DNA of 64,000 nucleotides from positions 128,001 to 192,000 of the forward strand of contig RDOC01000003.1 of NCBI GenBank assembly GCA_011364985.1. Reading direction: 5' to 3'. The notes under the pieces are model-generated. The model had not been told where the DNA came from, ran no database searches, and saw nothing but the letters and a program-made list of their open reading frames with translations. Source of the stretch: Candidatus Thorarchaeota archaeon (lineage in GTDB: Archaea; Asgardarchaeota; Thorarchaeia; Thorarchaeales; Thorarchaeaceae). Shown in pieces: positions 29,808 to 39,343 of this stretch. The position numbers were made by a program, and so were the translations under genes. Positions within the stretch are counted from its first letter, which is position 1; each line of letters opens with the position of its first letter.

Positions 29808-31013
29808 ATGACTCGAGACCTCATTATAGTTGGAGGTGGGCCGGCAGGGGCTAGCTGTGCCAGACGTGCCTCAAAGCTTGGGCTTGATGTGCTTGTGTTC
29901 GAGAAGGCAGTTCACCCAAGACGTAAGGCATGTGGCGGGGGCCTGATTCTTCAAGTGAGAGAGTCGCTAGACTTCGATATCTCAAGTGTGATAGAGAGAG
30001 AACAGTGCGGTCTTCGATTGCATAGTCCCTCAGGCATTATAGCTGAAAGTCATAGGCAGGAGATTACTGGTTACACAGTACGAAGAGAAGATTTCGATTA
30101 TCTGCTATTGAAGAAGGCCGAAGAAGCAGGTGCGGAAGTAATCCAAAATACGAAGGTAACTGATGTCGTTGAAGAGGCGAACTGCATTTCAGTAATAACC
30201 AACGAAGAGAGAGAAAAAGCCAAGCTTGTAGTTGGAGCAGATGGGGTCAATAGCACCATAGCAAGAAAAAGCGGGCTTCACGAACGATGGAAGGATAATG
30301 AGATCGCCCTCACTTTCGAGGCTTCTATTCCGATGGATTCTGCTGACATCCTACGAATATCAGGAAGTCCTGAGCATCATGAGTGTGTATTCATAGACAT
30401 ATTCTTTGGAGCCACGCCTCTAGGATACGCTTGGGCGTTCCCAAAAAAGAATGAATATAGCCTTGGAATTGGAGCGATGGTCAGTGTCATGTCGAACTTC
30501 AAGGAATCGTGGGTGAAATTTGTTCATAACTTCATGGAGAGACACAATGTAGAATGCGATCTGTCTCAACAGACTGCAACTCGTATACCCTTAGGTGGCC
30601 TCATTCCGAATCTTTGCTCCAAGAGAATAATGCTGGCGGGGGATTCCGCAGGCTTTGTGTCTCCAGCCACAGGAGAGGGAATTCACTATGCTATTGAATC
30701 CGGCATGATGGCGGCTAAAGTCGCTCAAGGCATTGTTGAAGGTAGATCAGATGTGACCACAGCATCCTACGCAAAAACCTGCAGAGAAACAATTGGTAAT
30801 GACCTTAGGATTGGACGAGTCCTCCAGAAACTACTGTTCAAGTCAACTGAAAACATGGAACGATTCATTCGGATGTGCGAGAAGGACGAAGTCATGAAAG
30901 AGTATTCGTTGGAGCTTGTGATGGGGTATGTGCCCTTCAAAACAAGCAGGTCGCGAATGACCAAGAGGATGCTCAGGAAGCATCTGGGCCAAGCTATACG
31001 TCTACTGATTTAG
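29808..31013 (+). CDS. Geranylgeranyl reductase family flavoprotein
   Basis: GGGPAG, KACGGG, GYAWAFPK, GDSAGFVSPATGEGIHYA. Confidence 0.9.
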   Translation: MTRDLIIVGGGPAGASCARRASKLGLDVLVFEKAVHPRRKACGGGLILQVRESLDFDISSVIEREQCGLRLHSPSGIIAESHRQEITGYTVRREDFDYLLLKKAEEAGAEVIQNTKVTDVVEEANCISVITNEEREKAKLVVGADGVNSTIARKSGLHERWKDNEIALTFEASIPMDSADILRISGSPEHHECVFIDIFFGATPLGYAWAFPKKNEYSLGIGAMVSVMSNFKESWVKFVHNFMERHNVECDLSQQTATRIPLGGLIPNLCSKRIMLAGDSAGFVSPATGEGIHYAIESGMMAAKVAQGIVEGRSDVTTASYAKTCRETIGNDLRIGRVLQKLLFKSTENMERFIRMCEKDEVMKEYSLELVMGYVPFKTSRSRMTKRMLRKHLGQAIRLLI

Positions 31014-31089
31014 ACTCACTGTGAGCAGAGTCTTTCATTGTTTAGCAAGAATATATTGAAAAATAGTTCCCAACTTAGTTCATGTATTC

Positions 31090-31629
31090 ATGGAGAACAA
31101 GTCTGATATGATTGACCCTCAAGAAGTTAAATGTCTCTAAGCTGCCATCAAGAATCTAAACCTTGACTATATGCGAGGGCTGATTTCTGAATCAGATTAT
31201 AATAGGCAATCAGAGCAACTCAAAGAGCGTCTTGATCAGCTTGGGGAAATCCCAACAGGGCTGTCGGAAGCACGGAAATCACTCCAGACTTCTCCACAGG
31301 TGCAAAACAAGCAGGTCTTGACTGATCCCGTGACTGCCGTGAAGAAAGCAGTTCAATCAATGCGAAGAATTCCTATAGAACGCATTGCTCAAGAATCAGG
31401 TGTTGATGCTATTCAAGTGACTCGTATCCTTACAGATTTGCTCGACGGACGTGAACTCTCAGGCCGGATTGACCATGATGCAGGCGATTTCATTCTGGGA
31501 ACTGGGAGTAGGCCGCCGCCAAAGACCATAGCGGTATGTCCTTATTGTCGAAGTGATTTGCAGCGAATCGCGGTTAGAGGAGAAACCATGACTTGTGATG
31601 TATGCCGCGAGTCGTTTATTGTTTCATAG
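31090..31629 (+). CDS. SHOCT-like + PCI domain + Zn-ribbon protein; in-frame TAA at 31138 (possible pseudogene or sequencing error)
   Basis: PCI-like RIPIERIAQESGVD...LSGRIDHDAGDFIL; CPYC...CDVC; upstream ATG at 31090 is in frame but interrupted by TAA. Confidence 0.65.
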
Positions 31630-31699
31630 AAACCTTTGTCCAGAATTGACCTAGTGTTCTTAAGAAGGAGGTGGCATACTTCTGCCCGTTTGACTTGTA

Positions 31700-32986
31700 T
31701 TGGACGAGGCAATGTTGATGACACTGTTTCAAGCATGCCTTAACGGGAATGAATCAGAAGCTGTTTCACAGTCAGCAGAAATGATTTCCATAGGTCAACC
31801 AGCTGCGCTATGGGCCATAATGATGCACGTTGCAAGTTGGCATGAACAGACAGAGTTTGACACGTCCCATTCAACAATCATGACCTATGCGACACACAGA
31901 CTAGTTGAAGACCTTGGCTTCAACGATGAGATACTGGTAGAAGGTTCCGCTACGACCCCTGTCAAGATTCACGATGATCTCAGGATTCCACTTCAGAGAT
32001 CTCTGATTGAGCGTCTTGCTCTATATCTCGCCGCAGTCGAACACTGGACTCGGGAAAGGGGACCGAAGTACAATATTGATACGCAACTCGAATCCTTGGC
32101 CAGCAGCATACACAATTATGAACAAGGTGTGAGAGAGCAGTCGCACATGGGTACCCTGAAGGCAGCTCTGAGACTTGGCGAGAGGAAGGAGCCAGTACAG
32201 CTTAGACGGATGACTGCCTCCCTAGCCGCAGAAGAGCCTGATAACCTTGGACATGCTTTTATCATGCCTTTTTCACTCCTGTCAGAACTCCCAGATTCGG
32301 AATTCAAGCTGCCATTCCAAGCCGCATTATGGCATCTTACAGAATACCTGATTAGAAAAGTCCCGAGGAAGGCTCCTAATGGATTTCGGATTGATCCTCG
32401 GATGGACAAGATGGCAAGCCCAACGGACTTGTCCAAGTACAAAGATCTCTTCGCCAACGCGGTTGTGAACTACGGAGTTCTTGGACATAACGGCATCTTT
32501 GCCCACAGAATTGCTGAAGCTGCCAAACGGGGATATCTTCATAATGAATCTATTACTTGGCTTTTGGATAGACTGAAAAAGAACATAGGTGGGAAGCTGC
32601 TAACTAAGGAACAGCTGGCCGTTGAGGAATTAGTGAGTAAGAAGGAGGGAATAGACTGGGAGCATCTACCAAGTGGTATCGATCTACCAGATTCTGGGAA
32701 GGTCAGACTATGGCTAGTAAAGAATGCCGTGGACTATTGGGATGCGATGACTGACTTGAAGACCAGTGTGTTCGAAAGGAAGATCCCCAGCATTTCAAAG
32801 AAGGATTGGTCGATTATCAGAGCTACCCAGTACGCCGTGCCGACTGTCAACGGTGCCCCTCAGGCATCCCATGTGACAATCTTCACGCAGGCAACTTGGT
32901 CACTGGTAGACCATGGTCTCATTGGCAATAAGCTTGCGGCACTTCAAGTCCATCGAATGCTTAGGCAATACCTCAAGGGAAGATAA
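31700..32986 (+). CDS. Helical His-motif hypothetical protein
   Basis: 428-aa ORF with repeated His motifs (SHSTIM, GHAFIM, GHNGIF, SHVTIF) suggesting metal binding. Confidence 0.7.
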   Translation: MDEAMLMTLFQACLNGNESEAVSQSAEMISIGQPAALWAIMMHVASWHEQTEFDTSHSTIMTYATHRLVEDLGFNDEILVEGSATTPVKIHDDLRIPLQRSLIERLALYLAAVEHWTRERGPKYNIDTQLESLASSIHNYEQGVREQSHMGTLKAALRLGERKEPVQLRRMTASLAAEEPDNLGHAFIMPFSLLSELPDSEFKLPFQAALWHLTEYLIRKVPRKAPNGFRIDPRMDKMASPTDLSKYKDLFANAVVNYGVLGHNGIFAHRIAEAAKRGYLHNESITWLLDRLKKNIGGKLLTKEQLAVEELVSKKEGIDWEHLPSGIDLPDSGKVRLWLVKNAVDYWDAMTDLKTSVFERKIPSISKKDWSIIRATQYAVPTVNGAPQASHVTIFTQATWSLVDHGLIGNKLAALQVHRMLRQYLKGR

Positions 32987-33056
32987 CTTAGAGTCTTCAA
33001 ATGACAGGTATTGCTAAAGAATGAGGTTGGAGAGGGCATGCCTCTTCAACCAGAAA

Positions 33057-34622
33057 CTAGGTCTTTGCATCACCCTTTCGATATGATTCAGCCAGCAAGT
33101 CTGGTATGTATCGGACCTGCATCTCTGTACCCTTCATCATATCGTTGAGTTGGATTGTACAGAAAGGACATTCAGTAGTGACCATTTCTGCACCGGTGGC
33201 CTCGATATACTCCTTCTTGGTTGTGGCGATTTTCTGAGAGAGTTCACGCTGACCTGCACGAACTCCGCCGCCAGCACCACAGCAGCGGTTCTTATACGGG
33301 TCCTCAATATAGTCCACTCCTGGAATCATCTTGAGAAGTTGAATTGGTTCATCAAAGACATGCTGCCCTCTACCAAGATGACATGGTTCATGATAGGTGA
33401 TCTTCAGATCAATCTCGCCCTTAGGAGGTATGATGTTCTCCTTGCCGACCACTTGAATTAGGTATTCAGCCATGTCGTATACTTTGTATCTAGGAGGCTT
33501 ACCACGTTCCTCCTCAATGAATGGGCGATGATCCTCGCGAAGAGTCTTCCCACATCCTGCGCAGGCGACAACCACAGTATCGCAATCGTACTTCTCACAG
33601 GCCTTCTCGAAAATCTCGGTGACTCTTCTTGCAGCGGCATGGGCCGTGTTTAGGTCTCCTGTTCTGAACGCAGGCGAGGCGCAACACCATTGCTCCTTAG
33701 GCACAACAACATCTATGTTGTTCCGGTTCAGAACCTCAATAAGTGCCTTGCCAGTGCTTTGCATTCGGTAATCGATGAGACATCCGGTGAAGAAGGCCAC
33801 TCGTCCACGTGGATTCTCAACAAAGAATTCAGCAGTGTTCAGTTCTTTCAGAAGTGGGAGATCCTTTTCGGGTACAGCTCGCCCGGTTTTAACAATTTGA
33901 TCAACAAAACCTTGTTGGCCCTCTGCCAAGGGATAACCAGCTTCGACAGCTTTTGCACGTAGAAGCTCGACCGCCAGAGACGGAATTTTGATCTTCTTTG
34001 GACAGATATCTTCACACATCTTACAGGTAGTACAACTGTACAGAGACTCGTCCATTGCCATAGCAATACGGTCCTCTACGTCTCGGGGATCTAGCTCCAG
34101 CCGCGCAAGCTGGCGGATAATCATTGGTCCGGGGTAGTCCCATGTTTCGTGAACGATTGGGCAGTTCGATAGGCAGGCACTGCACTCAATGCACTTTCGA
34201 ATCTCTCTTACCTTCTCAATCTCTTCCGCATGAATGATCTCAGGTCTCTGTGGTTTCTTATCACGAGCTACGTAAGGTCGTATCCTTCTTAACCTGAAGG
34301 TGGTTTGAGCCAGATCAACAACAAGGTCTTTTATCACTGGCATCTTCTCAAGAGGTTCAATAAGCAGGTCTTCATCAGGGTCGACTTTGGTTCGACAGGC
34401 AATTCGTGCGATGGTGTTTACCTTCACTGCGCAAGACCCACACTGACCACCTCTGCACTCCCATCGGAAGGCCAAACTTGAATCGTATTTGTCCTGAATA
34501 TCGAGTAAGACATCCAAGACTGTCATACCAGGTTCGTATTCCACATCGAAGTCTTGGAAATAGGGTTCGTTGTCTGAGTCTGGGTTGTATCTGAAAACTT
34601 TCGCCTTGATTGTCTTTGTCAT
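33057..34622 (-). CDS. tfrB: Thiol:fumarate reductase subunit B (2Fe-2S, 4Fe-4S, CCG domains)
   Basis: CRGGQCGSC, CIECSACLSNCP, CTTCKMCEDICP, two CCG-type domains (WCCASP, RCCGAGGG). Confidence 0.9.
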   Translation of the reverse strand: MTKTIKAKVFRYNPDSDNEPYFQDFDVEYEPGMTVLDVLLDIQDKYDSSLAFRWECRGGQCGSCAVKVNTIARIACRTKVDPDEDLLIEPLEKMPVIKDLVVDLAQTTFRLRRIRPYVARDKKPQRPEIIHAEEIEKVREIRKCIECSACLSNCPIVHETWDYPGPMIIRQLARLELDPRDVEDRIAMAMDESLYSCTTCKMCEDICPKKIKIPSLAVELLRAKAVEAGYPLAEGQQGFVDQIVKTGRAVPEKDLPLLKELNTAEFFVENPRGRVAFFTGCLIDYRMQSTGKALIEVLNRNNIDVVVPKEQWCCASPAFRTGDLNTAHAAARRVTEIFEKACEKYDCDTVVVACAGCGKTLREDHRPFIEEERGKPPRYKVYDMAEYLIQVVGKENIIPPKGEIDLKITYHEPCHLGRGQHVFDEPIQLLKMIPGVDYIEDPYKNRCCGAGGGVRAGQRELSQKIATTKKEYIEATGAEMVTTECPFCTIQLNDMMKGTEMQVRYIPDLLAESYRKGDAKT

Positions 34623-34636
34623 TGAATTTACCTCCT

Positions 34637-36325
34637 CTATGGGGGGGTGATCTTGGTGATCACTAGGTCTTCCTTTCGTAACTCCATCTCGCCATCCTTG
34701 CCTTTTCGGATGACTATGTTGTAATAGCCCTTATCATTGGGGTCAGCATCTACACGGTAGTGTGCACCTCTACTTCCCTTTCGCATCACAGCAGCCTCTG
34801 CCACCATACGGGCGGTTGTCACCATATGCTCGAACTCAATGGCCTGATGCCATCCCGGATTGAAACGTTTGACCGGCACATCCACCTTGATATTTGGAAC
34901 AATCTCTTTCTGGATTCGTCGAAGCTCCTTCACGGCGTGCTGCATGTCATCTTCCTTCCGGAATATCTGGACCTTGGACCACATCAGCTCGGTTAGCTCT
35001 TCTCTTGCGTCAGCAGGTGAGACACCCTCCTTACGTTCAAGCATTGCTTCTAGCTTCTCAAATTCGGCGGCTATTGCGTCTCTGTTGATTCCAGTATGGG
35101 CGTTCTTCTTGGCAAATTTCGCCGCGCTTTCGCCAGCCAATGCTCCAAACACCTGTGTGTCAGCCAGTGCATTGCCACCCAATCTATTGCCACCATGAAC
35201 CCCGCCAGTACACTCGCCTGCTGCATAGAGACCGGGGATACTCGTGCCCGCTTCTTCGTCAATCTTAATCCCACCCATGAAGTGGTGGGCGGTCGGAGAC
35301 ACCTGCATTGGCTCCTCCCGAATGTCTACACCCGCATCTTCAAACTGCTCAATCATGCTCTCCAATCTGAACTCCACAATAGACTTTGGAAGGTGTCCAA
35401 TACTGAGGTAAACACCCCCTTCAGGAGAACCACGTCCTTCAAGAACCTCGGTCATGATAGAGCGAGCGACTTGGTCTCTACCTGCAAGCTCCATGACCTC
35501 AGGGTAGTACCTGTGCATGAAGCGTTCACTTTCGTTATTGAGGAGAATTCCACCTTCTCCGCGAACAGCCTCAGTCACAAGCCGTCCCTTGGCAGACTCA
35601 GGTTTCACCATTCCAGTCGGATGGAACTGGACCATCTCCATGTCAATTAGCTCGCACCCGGCCTCGTAAGCCATTCCATAGCCATCGCCAACATCCAATT
35701 GGGCATTACTTGTCACACTGAAGATGCGACCCGCGCCTCCAGTTGCCATCACAACCGATTTGGCACGAAAGATGAGATAGTCGCCGTACTTTAAATCGAT
35801 AGATGCAACCCCTGCGACTCGCCCTTCCTCAACAAGGATTTTGGTAGCAAAGACTTCATCGAAGACTCGTACAGATTCTTTTCTAATTGCCTCTGTAAGG
35901 GTCACCATAATTTCAGATCCAGTTCTGTCCGATGCATATGCGGTTCTTCGCCAAGTCTGCTTTCCAAAAGGACGCTGAGCAATCTTTCCTTCGGGGGTTC
36001 TATCGAAAAGGGCACCGTATTCCTCTAGGTCAAAGATTCTCTCGGAAGCATCGCGAACAAGGATTTCGGCCAGCTTCTGATTGTTAAGGTAGTTGCCGCC
36101 CACAATAGTATCTTTGAAGTGTGTTTCAGGATTATCGTCAGGGTCAACGTTTCCAAGTGACACATTATAGCCGCCCTCGGCCATGGAAGTGTGTGCTTTG
36201 CCGAGTAGCTCTTTGCTAAGCATGATTACATCCAAGTTATGCTTTGATGCTTCGATTGCCGCACGACATCCGGCACCGCCGGCGCCGACAACAAGAACAT
36301 CGCACATTATCGTCTTGTAGTTCAA
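34637..36325 (-). CDS. tfrA: Thiol:fumarate reductase flavoprotein subunit A
   Basis: GAGGAG, AHTSMAEGG, QFHPTG, TEAVRGEGG, HHFMGG, HGGNRLGGNAL; paired with tfrB, no membrane anchor subunit. Confidence 0.9.
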   Translation of the reverse strand: MNYKTIMCDVLVVGAGGAGCRAAIEASKHNLDVIMLSKELLGKAHTSMAEGGYNVSLGNVDPDDNPETHFKDTIVGGNYLNNQKLAEILVRDASERIFDLEEYGALFDRTPEGKIAQRPFGKQTWRRTAYASDRTGSEIMVTLTEAIRKESVRVFDEVFATKILVEEGRVAGVASIDLKYGDYLIFRAKSVVMATGGAGRIFSVTSNAQLDVGDGYGMAYEAGCELIDMEMVQFHPTGMVKPESAKGRLVTEAVRGEGGILLNNESERFMHRYYPEVMELAGRDQVARSIMTEVLEGRGSPEGGVYLSIGHLPKSIVEFRLESMIEQFEDAGVDIREEPMQVSPTAHHFMGGIKIDEEAGTSIPGLYAAGECTGGVHGGNRLGGNALADTQVFGALAGESAAKFAKKNAHTGINRDAIAAEFEKLEAMLERKEGVSPADAREELTELMWSKVQIFRKEDDMQHAVKELRRIQKEIVPNIKVDVPVKRFNPGWHQAIEFEHMVTTARMVAEAAVMRKGSRGAHYRVDADPNDKGYYNIVIRKGKDGEMELRKEDLVITKITPP

Positions 36326-36727
36326 ACTACAGTCCTCCGATGGAGAAGTCTCTCCGAGCTGTAAATCGGTCGGGAAAAGGCCAGCGTTTAAGAGTTACTG
36401 TTGAGGGCTGGAGCGGAAATCCTGTGAAACTACATCCGAAGATGAGCGATTTGGAAACAGACTGCATAGGCTTTGAAAAGGGAGAGAATGGCGCCATTTG
36501 CTTGCCTGAATCGACCCTTTTATTCACCTTGGGTACGTTCAGAATCATAGTAATCATGGGCACGCTGGGGGTGTTAAGTGCATGGACTTTGAAGAAATTC
36601 TGCTAGTACTATTCGTAGTAGTGCTTGTCTTGATGACTGTATATGGGTTAACCATTCCCGTGTCGTAAAGATGCGGAGAAAAGAGTAGATGGCAGGCTAA
36701 TGCCTGCTGTAAATGATATTAAGCATT

Positions 36728-37336
36728 CTACTCACTTACGCCAATCTTGGAATAGACCTCGGATTTCGCATCCTGTACCTTCTTTGATACGACATCATGC
36801 ATACTATTGCCATGAGAGTCCATAGTGACCAGCAATGGACCGAACTTCTCAGCTGTGATAACCCATAGAGCTTCGGGCATTCCTAGGTCTTGCCACTCAT
36901 AGGCCCTGACTTCCTTCAGGCCCTTTGCAGCGAGAGCTCCACAGCCACCAGTAAAACTGCAGTAGACAGCACCTGCTTCTTTCAATGCTGCAAGAGTCCT
37001 AGCTCCCATTCCTCCTTTTCCAATGATTATACGAGCCCTATACTTGCGTAGGAACTCATCTTCGAAGAGATCCATTCTGGCACTTGTGGTGGGTCCTGCG
37101 GACACAATCATCCATTTACCATTGACCTCTTTTGCAACTGGTCCTACGTGATAGATCACACTGCCTTCGAAGTCGACAGGCGGCTTCTCACCCTTTTCGA
37201 ACATTTCTAAGGCACGATGATGAGCTTCATCGCGTGCAGTATAGACATGTTCGCCCGTCACATACACAATGTCACCCACCTTGAGCTTCCTAACATCCTC
37301 CTCTGAGAGGGGGGTTGTAAAGTGATACTCTGCCAA
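36728..37336 (-). CDS. Fe-S hydro-lyase (class I fumarate hydratase) beta subunit
   Basis: YTARDEAH, GPTTSARM, IGKGGM, DLGMPEA. Confidence 0.92.
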   Translation of the reverse strand: MAEYHFTTPLSEEDVRKLKVGDIVYVTGEHVYTARDEAHHRALEMFEKGEKPPVDFEGSVIYHVGPVAKEVNGKWMIVSAGPTTSARMDLFEDEFLRKYRARIIIGKGGMGARTLAALKEAGAVYCSFTGGCGALAAKGLKEVRAYEWQDLGMPEALWVITAEKFGPLLVTMDSHGNSMHDVVSKKVQDAKSEVYSKIGVSE

Positions 37337-37338
37337 TT

Positions 37339-38226
37339 CTATTCTCCCTCCAATGGATGGGTCACATAGGTGATTTTCAGGTCTTTTGTTATTATTGCCT
37401 TACTATGTCTGGCTGCCCAACATTGAACAGCAACTCCAACTGGTAAGGATGCAGGATGACGCATTGCATAGTCAACCTTCACACCTAAGACGGTAGTCTT
37501 TCCTCCCAAGCCCATTGGTCCTATACCTGTGGAGTTGATTGCTTCCATCAATTCCTCTTCAATCTGTGCCACTTCAGGCTCTGGGTGCTTGTCGTTGAGG
37601 GGGCGCAGAAGCTGTTGCTTGGCAATTTTGATAGCTATGTCGGCCCCTCCACCAATGCCAACACCAATAATATTGGGTGCACAGGCCTTGCCCATGTAGT
37701 TCATAGCATTGTCAACAACCAATTTCTTCACACCTGTTAGACCTACGCCGGGCTTGAGCATTCCAACAATACAAACATTCTCGCTTCCGCCACCCTTAGG
37801 AAAGACAATGACTTCAAGCGAATCACCTAGAACTATCTCCCAGTTAATCCATGGAATCTTGACGCCGGTATTATCGCCAGAGTTGCCACCAACGATTGGA
37901 TTGACTGCATTGGGACGAAGGGGTACACTCTCGGTGGCGATTCTTGTTGCCTTTTCTAATGCGGCCTTGATTTCATCCATGAATGGAAACTTTGACCCAA
38001 CCTTGACGTAGAATATGATGATTCCAGTGTCTTGGCACATCGGAACACCGGTTCTTGCAATCTCGATGTTTTCCAATATTGCAGAGAACTGAGTCTTTGC
38101 GGTTGGGTCCGTTTCACGTTCATAAGCAGCTCTTAGCGCCTCCTCAATATCATCGGGCAACTTGGTCGCTGCCATCTTGAGAAGACGAACTGCGGTGTCT
38201 TGAATGACTTGCATTGGATCCTTCAT
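37339..38226 (-). CDS. Fe-S hydro-lyase (class I fumarate hydratase) alpha subunit
   Basis: PMCQDTG, PKGGGSEN, GIGPMGLGG, HPASLPV, QCWAAR. Confidence 0.92.
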   Translation of the reverse strand: MKDPMQVIQDTAVRLLKMAATKLPDDIEEALRAAYERETDPTAKTQFSAILENIEIARTGVPMCQDTGIIIFYVKVGSKFPFMDEIKAALEKATRIATESVPLRPNAVNPIVGGNSGDNTGVKIPWINWEIVLGDSLEVIVFPKGGGSENVCIVGMLKPGVGLTGVKKLVVDNAMNYMGKACAPNIIGVGIGGGADIAIKIAKQQLLRPLNDKHPEPEVAQIEEELMEAINSTGIGPMGLGGKTTVLGVKVDYAMRHPASLPVGVAVQCWAARHSKAIITKDLKITYVTHPLEGE

Positions 38227-38397
38227 TCTATCAGCTTCTAAGTCGTGATTTGCGGTGGATTCAACTCCTTCGCACTAACTTCGGAAATTGATAGCTTCCT
38301 AATCTTTCTTGCTGTGTGTGTATCTCCTTGAGGAGTATGAAAGGACTATATACGAGCGGCCCTCCACTATTGAATAGGCGAGATTGGAAGGATTCCG

Positions 38398-38889
38398 ATG
38401 ACGTTTGAAGCAACATTCGCATCAGCTCTTTCTTTCATAGCGATGTCAATTCTTCTTGTCATATATGGGACTCTTGATGTAAAACACCGAGAAGTATCGA
38501 ACAAATACATGTTTACCGGAATAGTGGCAAGCATGATAATTGTAATCGCGACCGGTCGCCTTTTTGAACAGCCTTTGCTGCACATCACTGCTATTCTTGT
38601 AATGATTCTGCTCTCTTTTGCTTTGTACAGATTGGGGGCCATTGGTGGAGCGGACATCAAATCTCTGCTAATAATAGGAGTCTTAAGCCCAGGCATTGAG
38701 TTTGCGGTCTGGGAGGACACTATCCTTGAGGGTATATTGGTGTCAGGACTGGAGATCATACTCATGCTGACTCTTGGGATCCTGTATTGGCAGCTTCAGG
38801 GCAGCAATAGACCAGAAAAGAACGTCGTGCCCCTCATTCCATTTCTGTTATTGGCGTATCTAGGAGTACAGCTAATTGCATTCCTCTAG
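38398..38889 (+). CDS. A24 family (prepilin/prearchaellin-type) peptidase
   Basis: N-terminal D..HREV and GGADIK aspartates, PLIPFL. Confidence 0.8.
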   Translation: MTFEATFASALSFIAMSILLVIYGTLDVKHREVSNKYMFTGIVASMIIVIATGRLFEQPLLHITAILVMILLSFALYRLGAIGGADIKSLLIIGVLSPGIEFAVWEDTILEGILVSGLEIILMLTLGILYWQLQGSNRPEKNVVPLIPFLLLAYLGVQLIAFL

Positions 38890-38902
38890 TTCTTCATTCT
38901 GT

Positions 38903-39268
38903 CTAAAGCAACATGAGGTTCTCAAGGGCAGAGGGAGGGAGAGTAAAGGCGTAGAACAGCGTCCAGAGAACAACCCAAAGGAGAAGGTAAGTTGGGAGGG
39001 AGTTTGTGATGAGTTTCTGGCGACCGCCAATTTCCTCTGGGTCAATCTCCATAATATAGACGACCACAAACAAGCTCAAAACGTAGGTCAGAAGTCCAAA
39101 GATCAGTCCTCTGCTACCGGCAAAAAGAGGGCCATAGAGCCCGCAGATGACCGCACTTATAATGGCGAAGAGTATCTTGACGTAGGTCTGCTGGTCTATG
39201 GGCTTGTCGTCCCATCGTCCAAAGATCTTCTTGAATAGGCTTCGAATGGGGTTAATTACTGAAGACAT
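38903..39268 (-). CDS. EMC6-like membrane protein
   Basis: Three TM helices ending in SLPTYLLLWVVLWTLFY, like the EMC6/Rab5ip C-terminal motif. Confidence 0.6.
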   Translation of the reverse strand: MSSVINPIRSLFKKIFGRWDDKPIDQQTYVKILFAIISAVICGLYGPLFAGSRGLIFGLLTYVLSLFVVVYIMEIDPEEIGGRQKLITNSLPTYLLLWVVLWTLFYAFTLPPSALENLMLL

Positions 39269-39343
39269 TTCTCGACACCTGCTGGGTCTTGCTCTCGGTC
39301 AATCATACAGGTTATAAAACGCTCGGTCGGAAGTAAAACTATC

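Noticed and set aside
36327-36720. Intergenic gap between fumarase and tfrA with short ORFs and weak hairpins
   Set aside because: No convincing protein motif or extended RNA structure
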